NCBI GenBank assembly: GCA_002269645.1
Contig: NIVC01000387.1
Location: 1 to 64,000, forward strand
Source of the DNA: Macrostomum lignano
Taxonomy: Eukaryota
Length of the DNA stretch: 64,000 nucleotides
Direction of reading: 5' to 3'
Of this stretch, positions 34,997 to 47,689 are shown piece by piece. The position numbers and the translations under genes are program-made. How positions within the stretch are numbered: the stretch's first letter is position 1; each line of letters starts with the position of its first letter. Under the pieces are notes generated by a model that saw nothing but the letters and a program-made list of their open reading frames with translations, did not search any database and was not told the DNA's origin.

Positions 34997-37053
34997 ATGG
35001 TTAACTACTCCAGCTGCTGCTCCCGGCTGCTCAGCTGTCAGCAGCCGCAGGTAGACTGGAGCTGCGATATTCCCAGTCGAAGCGGCGTGAATGTGGCCAA
35101 GACGCTGAGCCTCTTTGCCGTGGGCGTGGCGGGCAACCTTCTGGCACTGTTGGTGCTGCAACGGAGGACGCCGAGCAAGAGTCGAACCCTGTTCTACACG
35201 CTGCTGACCGCGCTCATTCTTAATGACATGCTCGGGCAGGTGCTGACCTCATCTGCGCCTCTGATTGTCTACGGGACAGCCACGTTCAACGCTAGCGTCC
35301 AGCGGCTCCGTCTCACTTGGCTGGGCGGCTACCCAGCCTGCCAGGCGCATGCGTTCGTCATGACCGCCATGGCACTCAGCACGCCGCTGCTGGTTTTGTG
35401 CATGTCAGTGGAGCGGGTGCTGTGCCTGAAGCTGTGGCAGAACTACTCGCACGAGCAGCAGCACAGAAAGGCGCGGCTCTGCCTGCTGGCTGTGTTCGGC
35501 CTCGCCTTCCTTCTGGCCGGCCTGCCTCTGCTCGGTGCCGGCGCCTACAGCCTGCAGTTCCCTGGCACCTGGTGCTTTGTGCGCTCGCACTCAACGGAGA
35601 TGGCGCACCGCGTCTACGCCGCCTGGTTCGGCGTCTGGAACCTCGTCCTAATTGGCCTGATAGCCGTGTGCAACATTGTGGTCATTCACTCGCTGCTGGC
35701 CGTCCGCAGGCTGCGCAGGATGGTGCTGAGGGAGTCGCGATCGGGCTGCAGCACCAGCGCGTCCGTTGCCTGCCGGGTCAACCAGCCGCTGAGGCAGCAC
35801 CGGGGGAGCAACGCCAGTGGGGGCGGCGGCCACCAAATGATGCGGCACATGGAGCTGCAGCTGGTTCTGCTACTGGTGGCCATCACAATCACGTTCGCGT
35901 TGTGCTGGAGTCCTCTAATGGTAGGGTTCGAATTTTGGAAAAATACTGGAAGTAGCTTGATTCTAATTCTAGGAAACCTCTTAAAGGAAATTTGATCGCC
36001 CGCTATTCCGCGGCGGAGATTGGAAAGTCGATATTCCTCTTCGGCAAGTGCATCATCAATCTGTCTTCTCTCGCGCTCCCCAATTCCCAACTGTCCTCGA
36101 ATGATCAATGGGGAAAGGAGAGCGGCGGGCCGGCTCGAGAGGCGAACACGAATTTCGCGATGGCTGCGCATTTAGCCGCCCCTCAATCAGCCAGAAAGGC
36201 ACAAAGGGAGCGGGAACCGCTGGGGAAATGCAAGCGCTATCACTTCTCATCACCGGTTTCCGTCCGTCCCTGCGGCCTGCTAACTGCTACTAAACAAAAA
36301 TTTATCACCCCATGTGACCCCTGGATGGGCCCTGTCTGTCTGTCAGCGCTTAAATGCACCGCGGGTTAATTCATTCTCATATAGCTACTCATAAAAATTG
36401 TGCTTATTAATTATTACCGCAATAACATACGAGCTAGCATGACAGCTTTTTCGACTCTCTTACATGCATTTTGGCCAGCACTGTTAGAACGTAATATGCC
36501 AGTTAATATCCTGGAAATCAGTGGATAAGTTCAATTAAAAATTCCCTCGCCGCAGGTGCGAGTCCTATGGAACGCACTGGGAGGAAAGCCGGACTGCACG
36601 GAAGACCTTCGAGCGGTGTACGCGGCCAGCATCAACCAGGTGCTGGACCCCTGGCTGTATATCCTACTGCGACGAGGCATTCTTCAACGAGGCTGGAGCC
36701 TCGCCCGGCGTCTGGCTGCGGCAGCCTGCGCTGGTAGGCACCCCCGCGCAGGCCGGGTCCGCTGCCAAGCCTGCCTGGCAGCCGCCGGGGCTGCAGCCGC
36801 CAAGCGGGGCGCAGCCAGGGAGCTGCACCCCAGCAAACTCAACAACTCCACCTCCGAGCGCGCTGACGCTGTTCTGAGAGACGCCAGCCCGGTGGTTGCC
36901 AACGGCGGGTGCGGCTGTCGCTGCTACCTGCACGCGCAGCCGGTCAGGGGGGTTCCGGTTGCAGCCCGCAACATCGATGGCGTCGGACGGCAGCGATCGC
37001 GCAGCCTCCCCGAAGGCCGCCTCCTCGGCTGCAGGAGAGCCGTGAATGGCTAA
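34997..37053 (+). CDS. Prostanoid (prostaglandin E2 EP4/EP2-like) GPCR, two coding exons, 473 aa
   Basis: Exons 34997-35920 and 36556-37053 (phase 0). Motifs GVAGNLLAL, FYTLLTALILNDMLG, MSVERVLCL, QFPGTWCF, CWSPLM, DLRAVYAASINQVLDPWLYILLR (TM7 Arg and DPWxY) are typical of prostanoid receptors. Confidence 0.92.
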
Positions 37054-37785
37054 CGGGCGTTTGGTAATCTGTCATCATCCTAGAACCAAAACTTTTCTTA
37101 CTGATTTTCTACTTCGCATCCTATATCGAACAACGCGCACCAATCGCTCATTCCCTACTCATGCAGTTCCCATCTCTACATTCAAGAAAATTCAATTTAA
37201 GTAAAGAAATCTATAGCCCTGGTGTGAAATTTTCATTAACTTTATTTTTTAAAAACTTTGTGCAGTTTTTAAAGCAGATGACTTACGAGCGTAGTCCTGA
37301 TTTATTATTGTCATAAGAGCATAGAACAGTGTCCGTGTGTAGCAGGCACTGAGCAATGTAAGCTGTCCCGATGTCAGCACTGTGCTTGTTCTTTGTCGCA
37401 TTCTCATTCCTGTTCGCTTTGCAGACTTTAGCTTCTTGTTATAGTTAGCCTAGACGTGTTGAAACGGGGTGAAACGCACTGCATCCCGCCCGCTGCAATA
37501 ATCTATGGCCGACTTCAATAAGTAAAAACCTCGTATGCATAGAAGTATCTAGTTAATGTTTCTACAAATTGTATATTTTGAAAGTAAAGCTTAGTGCTGC
37601 TTAATAGTGCTTAGTATCATTTAATATTTTTCAATTCGCAAAATAAGGAGTTTTGGCCATAGACAAGTTTTTAGGTTTCATTCTTTCTTTCTCTGGAGTG
37701 CTGGTGTGCAAATTTGGGGGCTCCGCCCCCACACCCCCGCAAGGAGGCTCAGCGCTCCCTTTGACCCCGCTTTCTTCTGACTTTG

Positions 37786-37935
37786 CCATAGACATTTTCA
37801 GTGGGCCGTGAAACCGACTGAATACATTGGAGTAAATGGGATTTTACCATAGACAGTCTCAGCGGGCCGTGAAACCGACTGAATACATTGGAGTAAATGG
37901 GATTTTACCATAGACAGTCTCAGCGCGCCGTGAAA
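37786..37935 (+). repeat. 61-bp tandem repeat (~2.4 copies) carrying a CCATAGAC motif
   Basis: ccatagac at 37786, 37847 and 37908. Related motifs occur at ~37657 and inverted (gtctatgg) at ~38529. Confidence 0.85.
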
Positions 37936-38721
37936 CGCGGTTTCACGCCCGCTAACTATAACACTAATATGGATGCAGGGCCGCATCGGGCAGAAACGAG
38001 CTGACACTCCTCGGCGCTACGCGCCTCAGCGTTATATCACCTCGGAGTGAATACTTATTTACTTTGAGAAAGAAATGGCTTAACGCTATGTAAAACGCTT
38101 TCCCTTCACTCTTCTCTGCACTCTTCTCTGCACTACACAATACTACACAATAAAAATGAATTCATTAATTCCGCTAAATCAATCATATCGATATACCGAT
38201 ATGTCAAGATCACTCTCATTTTGACTTGAGCAAAACTGACCAGCTAATTTTGGTGGTGAGACCAGGGACTACTCAATTCTCGGGACGGGAAACGGCCAAA
38301 TCATGCAGAAAAAAGATGGAGGCCGATTTTCTCTGTTCTCTGCTGGTCTTATGTTTTATCGCAAGAGCTTCAGCTTTTCACTATGTACACAAAATTTATC
38401 CCTCTTCAACTTCCTGTAGCCTGTTTCTACTCAAATAATTTCGGATAAATGCTAGGAGACATTTTATACAGTACCCCTTTAATACACAAACTCGATGCTT
38501 GATAAGCCAAGTGCATCTGTTGTAGAAGTCTATGGGAAACACTGAAGCAAGAAGTGAAAGCTTGTATTTTGTGATTGCCTATAAGGTAAGGACTGATACC
38601 ATAGAATGCAAATAAATAGTCAACTTTGGACTCCTCTGTGAGTTAACTTGGCTGGGTAGCCACGACACGACAGAAATTTTCATTTGCTCTTCCTAATTTT
38701 GCTTTGCGTTTTTTCGCATTC

Positions 38722-40265
38722 ATGCCAAGGAAATGCTGTGTGCAATCATGCAAGTCGAACTATTTGAACGAAAAAACTTCTGTTAAAGTCTTTACTTTCC
38801 CAAACGATCCTATAGAGAAGGAAAAATGGCGACTGGCTCTACCAAATGTCATCAAGGTGAGTCGAGCAGTAAACTGGTAATAATGAAATTCGTGATTTTA
38901 CTCTCTGCTGGGCAAGTTGGAGAGACAGTGCATTGTCTCTCTTGTTCGGAAGGACAAGTTTTGCGAGGTATTGTTTCTGTAGCACACCGCTCATAATTCT
39001 ACAGGATCCAACACCGCATATGGCAGTATGCGAGAAGCACTGGCCAATATCAGTGCCAATGATAAAACGCAGCAGATATGAGCGACCTGTCGACCCGCCG
39101 TCCGTCTTTGACGTTGCAATTCCCCCATCATGTTTTGTTCAATCGAAATGTGAGAATTTGTCAATACATAAACTGTACACGTATTGTGCTACCAACATAC
39201 AAACGATTCTCCATCGCATTGCTTACGTCCATAATTTTAGCATTAGCGAGAAAACCAAAAGTCCGTCGCGTTTTGTCTGCCGAAAGAAATTTTAAACCGG
39301 ACGAGTTGGAAGAATTTCGTAAAATCGACAGTTTGCCAGGCTGGAGCGAGCTCGTTTCTGCACTCAAATCATCAGATATCGTTGCTCAACATTCGCTGTT
39401 TGTATCGTTATGCAATGAAGAAGTTTATTTGTTTGGTTTGGATTCGAGCGGAGAACTAAAGATCAAGATTTTTATTTCGTCCAACTTTGCAACTCGTGCT
39501 TTTCACTATCATTCGCCGGTTCCGCTGAGAGATCTGCTAGGATTCCAGCCTACATTGAAGTATTTTTCACAACTCGATGCCACTATCGTTCGATGCATGA
39601 ATTTTCAACTGTCTGTTCAGCATGAGTTGAAAGCGATGTCGTCGTCATTTCTTCAAGTGTTGGAATTAGAAAATACTGTCATCACGAATCCATCGATACA
39701 GTTTTTAATTTCACAACTACAGCTAATTTCTACAAGTCCAGTGAGTCGTCGGTACGACATTGCCACACTAAGGCAGTCAGCTCTTATCTATTTAATCAGC
39801 AGTTCGGCTTACTCTCAACTTCGCACTCTGTTGCCACTGCCACATCAAAGAACTCTCCGTACAAATTTGGCCGGTCTTGGAGAGATTGGAACTGCAGCCG
39901 ATTCTGATGAAACTATTCGAACAGTTTTTTCTGCACTTCGCGGCACCCAGCTGAACTGCGTTTTACTATTTGACGAGATGTACGTGCAGCCATCTGTCAG
40001 ATTTAGATGTAAACATCTGTTTGGACAAGCGGAGGACGACTCGGCGAAAATTGCTCGGACAATTCTGGCGATAATGTTGAAGCCGCTAATGGGTGGAAAA
40101 CCATTCATATTGCGCCTTATACCAATTTTTCTACTCACAGCCGAATTTCTCAAACAGCAACTAAGTCAAAGCATTGAGTTGGTCAACAAGCATGGTGGTA
40201 CTGTTTTCGCTTTGGTTTGCGACAATCATCCTACTAACAGAAAATGTTTTAATTGTGTGCTTTGA
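38722..40265 (+). CDS. THAP-domain P-element-like transposase, spliced, C-terminally truncated (434 aa)
   Basis: Exons 38722-38856, 39005-39149, 39241-40265, phases consistent. THAP: MPRKCCVQSC...FPND...KW...VCEKHW. Core: LPLPHQRTL, LLFDEMYV, LVCDNHPTNRK; stop codon shortly after the second Asp. Confidence 0.85.
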
Positions 40266-41227
40266 TTTTTCCATTCCTAATACCGTGTAAGAGCTAATAG
40301 ACACGTTTAATCACAGCATTGTTTAATATTGCACGTAAGACTTCGACTCCAGTACCACAATTCTGCACAAGTGAAGGTGATTTTGTATAGCACAGAAAAT
40401 GGTTTTCGTAATTTTTTACGTCCAATTATACATGTATATAGTCTTCTTCAGGCGCACTACACGTGCTATACTCGTATTATATAACATACTCGTAGCTATG
40501 TATATTTATCGAATATGCAGATCTCTAAACTAAATAATGGAGTTGAGATCCAGAGCCCTGTACAAGACGGTGTTTTAACTTCACAGTCTAGCTGCATATA
40601 TCTATAGTCCTTACTTATGCGACGCTTCATTAACAGCATATAGGCGTGCGACAATTCAGGAGCTGCTGAAAGTCAATCAAAGTCCCATTCGACCAATTGG
40701 CACTTCACTGTTCGGCCTGGGTTCCGCCTCCATGCATGTAGATATATATACACAGCGCCTGCTTGTGGGTGGCAACGTGGGTGGAGCAGATCTCCCAGGC
40801 TTTCTCATCCACCAAGGGGAAGAGCAGCTTTTACTACACAATAGTTTCCCTACACAATCCCAGAGAGCAGCAAGCCAGGCGTGGAGAGCACTCATACTAA
40901 TGGAATCACTGGTTTGACAATACGCCGTGTCGTGGTTGGTTTAGTAAAGAGCAACCCCAGACCCCAAAAGCACGCAAGCAATAACTGCATGGGAAAAAAA
41001 CAAATTGTGAAGCCTTGTCTGGACTGCATGCATGCTTGCAACTCATAATCAAACAGACTGCAAAATTTAATCAACAAAATTGCTTGATGCTGCATTCACG
41101 GTGAAGATTGGATGCTGAAGTTTCGAACCATAATAATTAATGTTCATTTAATTTATGAAACTTTATGCTTCATAAGAATTGGGTTTAAAAAAGCTGGGAA
41201 CTGCTCAGCTTAAAGCAGAAGACATCT

Positions 41228-41271
41228 TTCAGTCGTGAGTCCGACGCTCGTAACAACTAGGCTACAACCCC
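41228..41271 (-). mobile_element. Head fragment of the SINE at 50305-50667
   Basis: Minus strand ggggttgtagcctag...agcgtcggactcacgact matches the 5' end of the full copy. Confidence 0.65.
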
Positions 41272-41562
41272 TTACAACCCCCAGCCTGATCAATAGTCCT
41301 TGCTGATTTTGAAATTAATTAGAATTTTAATTTATACAGATATAGACAAAGGCGTCTCACAGCAATGCCATGTCTTACAAAGTGTGTATTTCATTAAAAA
41401 TCAATGGGCACTAAATGCAGAATACTTATGATCTGTAAATTTACACGTTAAAAGCACACAGACGTGCCGCAGGATAGAAGGCAGGGGCATCACATAAAAG
41501 TTAAATTAAAGTCGATGGGTGGCACAATCGAGCTATGAGTATATCGCAAAACTATTATTTAG

Positions 41563-42526
41563 TTACTTCACAATGTCCTGGCTAAGTTCCTCATCAGTGT
41601 CCAGGTGGTCTCCATCATCTTCAGACTCTTCTTGCCGAATGACCCCGTCATCCACTTCCTGATTCTGACACCTGAGCATCACAGCTCCCGACTCCCGTGC
41701 GACCCGGGCAAAAAAGCTGGGTCCATCCGATTCGTCCATGTCCGCCGCGCTGAAAGATGACACGTGAAGGGCAACGGGGTTGACATGCACAATACAGAAA
41801 TCCGCGCTAACAAGCGTGTCGTGACTTACTAAATCACTCTGCTGTCATCTCGAAGCGCGCCCCACATATTTTCAGCATTCCTGTGATCTGGTCGTGCAGA
41901 CAGAAGTTCTCCTGTTTGGGAATTCAACTGGCAAAGTCCAGTTGATTGGGGCTTGGAAGGAGAAGCTCCCGCAGAGCGAGGCTTCGAAGGAGAAAGTCTG
42001 TCTGAGCGCGGCTTCGAAGGAGAAGGACCCGCTGATAGGGATTTGAACGACGGTCCTTCTGACCGCAAGAATGACGTACTAGGCTGCTCTTCAGGCCGAG
42101 TCTTGGCTTGAGAAAGTCCTCCAGATGGAGCCTGCAGTGACAAATCCTTATCGAAATAGTACCGAGGCCAGTGTAGCAAGTTCGGCAGACTGCACTCAGG
42201 TTCAACGGGTGCAATGACTAGATTGGGCAGCTGAATGCAGCCAGGCTGACAGAGCCTTTTCAAAGGTGGTTCTGCATTATCATCATGATCTGAGTCACTG
42301 TCATCCCATTGACTGTCACTGCTGCCAGTGTATAGACAAATTCCAAGGAATTTAAGCATGCCAATAGGCTGGTCAAGTTTATTATAACAACTGAAGTCTG
42401 AATTTGTTAGCCCAGTGGTCCTTTGAGAGATAGAAGCTAGGCTGATGACCTCAGTATCTTTTTCAGCAATAAATTTTTGTTCAATTTGGAATAATGTTGA
42501 ATGAGCCATTTCGTAATCTTGAATGC
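41563..42526 (-). CDS. Uncharacterised protein, last two exons (first exon uncertain)
   Basis: Exon 42526-41830 (phase-1 start after ttttctttgcag), 80-bp GT-AG intron, exon 41749-41563. Contains acidic and SPSKP repeats and ends VIYAADMDESDGPSFFARVARESGAVMLRCQ. A phase-1 donor near 43575 may supply the first exon. Confidence 0.5.
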
Positions 42527-44633
42527 CTGCAAAGAAAATGAATTAAATAATGCCTTTAATATACTAAGTTGCTGCTAAAAATAAACTTAAAGTAGTATTT
42601 TATCATTATCAAAATATAACAAAGATAACAAATTAAATTATAAAATAAAATGTACACCTTGTTTGAATAACTATAATAAGAATAAAAGCAAAGCAGGGAA
42701 TTCAAACCTATGAAACAAATATAAGTAATTTATGTATATATAGTCAAAAGTCAATCCTAAAAGCAACATGATTATTTTGTTTATTAAAATTCATCAACAT
42801 AAATGTTTTGCAGGCCTATTATTAAATAGTAATTGGCATTTAGAATATCAAAGATTTTCTTTGTTTAAGCATTAAAAATAATACAATAGTGGTTTGATAG
42901 AATAAAAAAATAATTAAGAAATAGGCCAATAGATAGATAAAAATCAAACTGTGTGCTACAAGGACTAGTATATATAGGCCCATCATTTACTCAACTGACG
43001 TCTATGAAACAAAAAACATAAATCTGAACTAGGGATGCCAATCGGAACCTGATAACAAATTAAAATAATTTAAGAAATTACAGTGAAATACTATAATTTT
43101 GATAATTGATAAAAATTTCAACATTACAATGATGTACAACACTTCACCAGAGAATGTTACATCTTACTAGGCCTTACGACTTATAAGCTTATTAAGCTAT
43201 TGACATTGTGACGGTGTGACGGTGACGGTGGTGCACGTGTTCTGTGTAGATTAGCCTATGCCAGTCGCATGGGCTGGATAGCGCCGCCTAAAAGAAAATT
43301 TTTGCACAGGAGCTAAACAAAAAGTATTGTATGACTTTCTAGAACAAAACTTATGATTAAAATTGGGTCATAAAGTCAGACGTATTAAATTATTTGATAG
43401 TCTAGATTGATAGCAGTTGAATTGCACGCCAGGCACCCATAATTCTCTGCGATCACAATTCGATCGACCCATGTGGCGCCGCACAAGCTGACCAACTGCA
43501 AAGAGCTGAGGTGGTAGAGCTGGCGCGTCAGCGCGGCCATGTACGCGCCACGCATCGGTTTGAATTATTAGATGACTCGTCGCGCTGTATCTGGCCTCCG
43601 GCGAACAATTCACCTGCTGTGATTAGCTGTCCTCGCATATCTCTCAACCTAGCTAAACGACTCCGGCCCGGTCTGCCACTTTCTCCGCGGTTGATGGGTC
43701 GGGAAAAGCCCGACCAAACCCCATGGCGGCGCCGAGCGCTTTGAGTAAAGAAAAAAGGAAAGTTACCGCAGGTTCCTCGTGTAAATTTAGTTGATAATTT
43801 GACCATTATATACTACATGTATTAAATAGTTATCATGTGAAGTATTTCACATGAAAGAATGCCAGTCAGGCCTTTGGCCACCCGAGTCCAGCGGCGGAGA
43901 GCGAAAATCGCTATTTGCCCACACGGCAAGTTTGGTGCGGAGGATGCCGCGCAATTCTAAACTTGCACCGAGAACTCATATGAATGTCGATGCATGTACT
44001 TACATGCAAGGACTACTAAAATTTAACAGCGATATAATAGTCCTTGTTGCCTTATACGGTATATCAAATCTAATTAAAATTTTCGCAGCTGGTAAATATA
44101 GCTCGTACTAAATTACTAAACTCTACTTCAATTATTTTGTTTCAATCCAGCAATCTTGCAAAGGACACATCATTAGCCCAGCATATACTCGTACATGTAT
44201 GCTACTGTTGTGTGTGAGTGTGCACTATAATATTGACTCTCGTAGTTTCGTGTTGAAGTACACTGCTCACACCCCTTCTATGTACATTAGAGTTCTGGAC
44301 AATATTTATCGGCTTGTCTACCCAGTGCCTGGGTCTAAGAGTTTTCGTAGCTTGCATCTAACATGACTTTTGGCTTATTCCATAACACTCTACTCAAAAG
44401 TAGTGTATCTAATTATCCATTTGCCAATTTCAAGCTTCCCATCACCAGTAACCTTATTATTGCCAAATTTTTCAATAAAATAAACCGGCCTGAGAAAATC
44501 TCTCAGAGCCAGAACTCTTAATTAGGTCACTAAGCCGTGGTAAAAAACTATAACATATTTGCTTGACATGTAAGTGGGTGCATTTGATAGCCCTGCTAAG
44601 GCAGGTAGGCAAGCTCTTTTCGTAGTTTTGTCT

Positions 44634-46780
44634 ATGGCTGAAAGCCAGAATCCACTCAGACAGATTGAGCTCGTCACTCACGCAGCTACACTGCAAGCGC
44701 CAGTTCCGACAGACGTCCAACAACTGCTGCCCAGACAAAACATGCAATCGAAAGACAGCCAGAGAAGCAGCAGCAACGACTCCCGCTGCAGCAGCAGCGA
44801 CAGCAGCTGCAAAAGCAGCGCCGACCCGAGCACCTGCCTGTCCTGCAGCCATGGCCTGTACCGCTATGAGCCCAAGCGGGCCGGCGGGGTGTACGAGCAA
44901 ATGCTGCGGGTGATCAGAGCGGGAAACAACAGCAACACGGTGCCGGGGATCCGGGATGTTCAAGTGCACAGGTCGCTGACCGGTCAGCATACGCGGGTGG
45001 AGACGGAGCTGCAGCCAACTGGAGCCACCGCCGACCTCAACATCAACATTATCATGGACAGCGACTCCAACTTGTCTAACGCGTAAGACAAGGCTTTGTT
45101 TCTGCCGTTTGTCACTGGTTAAGTTGAGAAAATGAAAGCTATTTTTAATTCGCCGCCTCGCAGACTGGGTGGCCAGGCGTCGATTGAGTATGAGTCTCTA
45201 GATCAGAGCGGCGCCTCTGAAGACATCGGCGCGCCCTCTGGTGGCATTGATGGCATTGCGGCCTTGGCCGCCCCCGATTCTGCGCCGGATGCCTCAGCCG
45301 GCAGTGCTGGTGGCAGCGCCGGCCCCAGCAGCCTCAGCGACACCACTGGAGGCAGAGGCCCGGCGAGCGGCGGCAGCGCTGGCGGCGGCGGCCCCAGCGA
45401 CGATGCCAGCGGTGGAGCGGTCGGACTTGGCGATGATGCTGGCGGTGTTAGAGGCAGTCGCGGCGGCGATCCACCGTCCGATCCCAGCCAAGGAATCGGC
45501 GCCAGCCCCAGCAGCCTTGGCCGCAGCTCCGAACAGAATGCTCAGTCCGCCTCATCGGAGGCAGCTCAGCCGTCGTCGTCCGCCGGTGCCAGGGCTGCCT
45601 CCCCGCAGCCCACCTCCCCCATCTCTGCCCCGGTCGCCTCGCCTAGCGAAGAAGAAACGCCAACATCGCTGCCGCCTGGCGCCGCCTCGCCACGCCGCGC
45701 TGAAGCGGACGACGACGAGGACGACGAAGATGACGACGAAGAAGAAGGCGGCGAAGGCGAGGAAGGCGACATGGACGACGCCCAGCGACACTTTCAGCGC
45801 TACCTGGATGGCGAGAAGGTGGAGGTTCTGCGCGGACCAGGAAAAGATGACGAAGCCAGGGAGACGCGTAGAAAGCTACCAGTCGGGCATCTGGAGAAGG
45901 AGGGCGTGGTTATCGGCTGCATGAGCGTGTTCGCCGACGTGCACCTCAAGGAGTACATCGTGTTCCTGTCGGACGAGATGATTCAGGCATTCTTAGTCGA
46001 TCCCGGCCGCTTCAGGTCCGTTGCAAACCGGACCAAGTGCGAAATCGAGGTGGGAAAATTTCATATAACAAAATTCTACGCTGTTACCTGCAGTTTTCAT
46101 GTAAAACTGTTTTAAATCATCAAATAACCAGGTGACTCGCCGCATCCTGAACCGTCGGATGGGCCGCTACCGCTGGCTAAAGTATCTCATCGTGGACATT
46201 CGCGGGCCGAGCTACTCCGCCATCGACCAGTGCGACAAGATGATGAGCATGCTGTTCCCGCCCTACAAAAACCGCAAGCCGTACGGCGCCCCGGCCATGG
46301 TGTCCATGTTCCTCAAGGAGACCACGCCAGACAACACGGATTTGTACTTCAACTTCCAGCGCACCGGCCCCAGCCAGCGGATGTACGGCGAGATTCCGCT
46401 GCGGGCGCCGTTCCGCAAGACCAAGACCCGCCCGGTGGAGACCACGCCGTGGAAGGCGGTGCAGAAGCGCCAGCAGTGGGGCACCCTGGAGCCCAAGAAT
46501 GACCGCATGGAGGTGAGCTCTTCGCTTTTCAGCTATAACGGCTCTCTGAAAATTAAGCACCTTTAAATCGAACTCGCTCATCCCGCAGACGGTGATGTCT
46601 CACGTGTACCCTGAGCGCGGCGGCACCTACACCAGCGCCCTGGACCACTCCATCAAGTGGGCGGAGGCTGCCGAGCAAGCAGTTGTGATGAGCAAGGCGA
46701 AGGACATGGCCAGGGCTCAGATGCTCAAGTCAAGGAAGGTGGAAAGCGAGCCGCTCTTCGCCAACGTCCTTGGAGATTGA
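44634..46780 (+). CDS. Uncharacterised protein with low-complexity N-half and a degenerate KH-like domain, four exons, 635 aa
   Basis: Exons 44634-45082, 45164-46049, 46132-46512, 46589-46780. Three 76-82 bp GT-AG introns in matching phase; strong C/G third-position bias. EYIVFLSDEMIQAFLVDPGRFRSVANRTKCEIEV...LIVDIRGPSYSAIDQCDKMM is KH-like by eye only. Confidence 0.8.
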
Positions 46781-47689
46781 GGACCACGAGTCCTCAGTCT
46801 GTCGCGAGGTCCAGGCCACAGACTCTACTCGTCATTAATTTAACTTTCTCCATAAAACCATAAAAATCATTTAATTGGTATTTCTATCTGCTTTCAGGGG
46901 AAGTCTGCCGCTTTTTTCCGCCTCGCCGCCACTGCCAACAAATTTTGTTTTCTGCAGCCGGGCTGCTCCCCTCCCCAAACTGGCTGTCGAATTTTGTTTT
47001 CAAAGCATTTTTCCACTACTGAAGTGGCCCGGTTTTTATTGCGCTAAGTCACGTGACTAGCCGGTCCGTTGTCAAAAGTGCGTTGAAAGTTGACTACTGA
47101 ATTGCGGCTCTCTCTCTCTGTGAATTAAGTAAAAGGCTTACTTTAACCAGCTCGAATCGAAACTATGAATATTCTTGCCATGGCGTATTTAATTAATTCA
47201 TAAATGCCAGCTGCTTGGACTAATCTTGTTTTCTAGCAGTATGCAACACTGCAGTCTAGGTTTAGCGTTTTTCATTTTTTACTTGAAGAAACCGGAAAAA
47301 GAAAAAGGACACGGTTTCCTTAGGCATTCTGTTTTCATCCGTCTCTCAAGGTATTCTGGCTGAATTTTCACCTCCAGGGGAAAATAAGTTGGATGACTGA
47401 ACTCTAGCCAATATTCTTCAACCAATCAAGAATGGCGCTTGGGACCCCGAAGGCTTAACGATCTAGTAATGCCCATAATCCCATATTCACAGACGAACTT
47501 TGATCACTTGGAAAGACACAGGAGAGAGCTGATCATCCGTGCCCTCTGGAACTGGAAGACGGTCGTCTTATCTTATTGGCTGGCTTCTTTGGCCAATCAG
47601 ATCAGCGCTAGCTGTGGCCGTGCATTCAGCCTTGATGCGATAAGTCTCGGTGCGAGTTTGGACTATGCTGTCTCGCTGCCTTTGAAAGC

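Noticed and set aside
629-42460. CTGATGA motifs (minus ~640, 30301, 39905, minus ~41590, 42443) as hammerhead ribozymes
   Set aside because: None has a proper stem II followed by GAAA with closing stems I and III.
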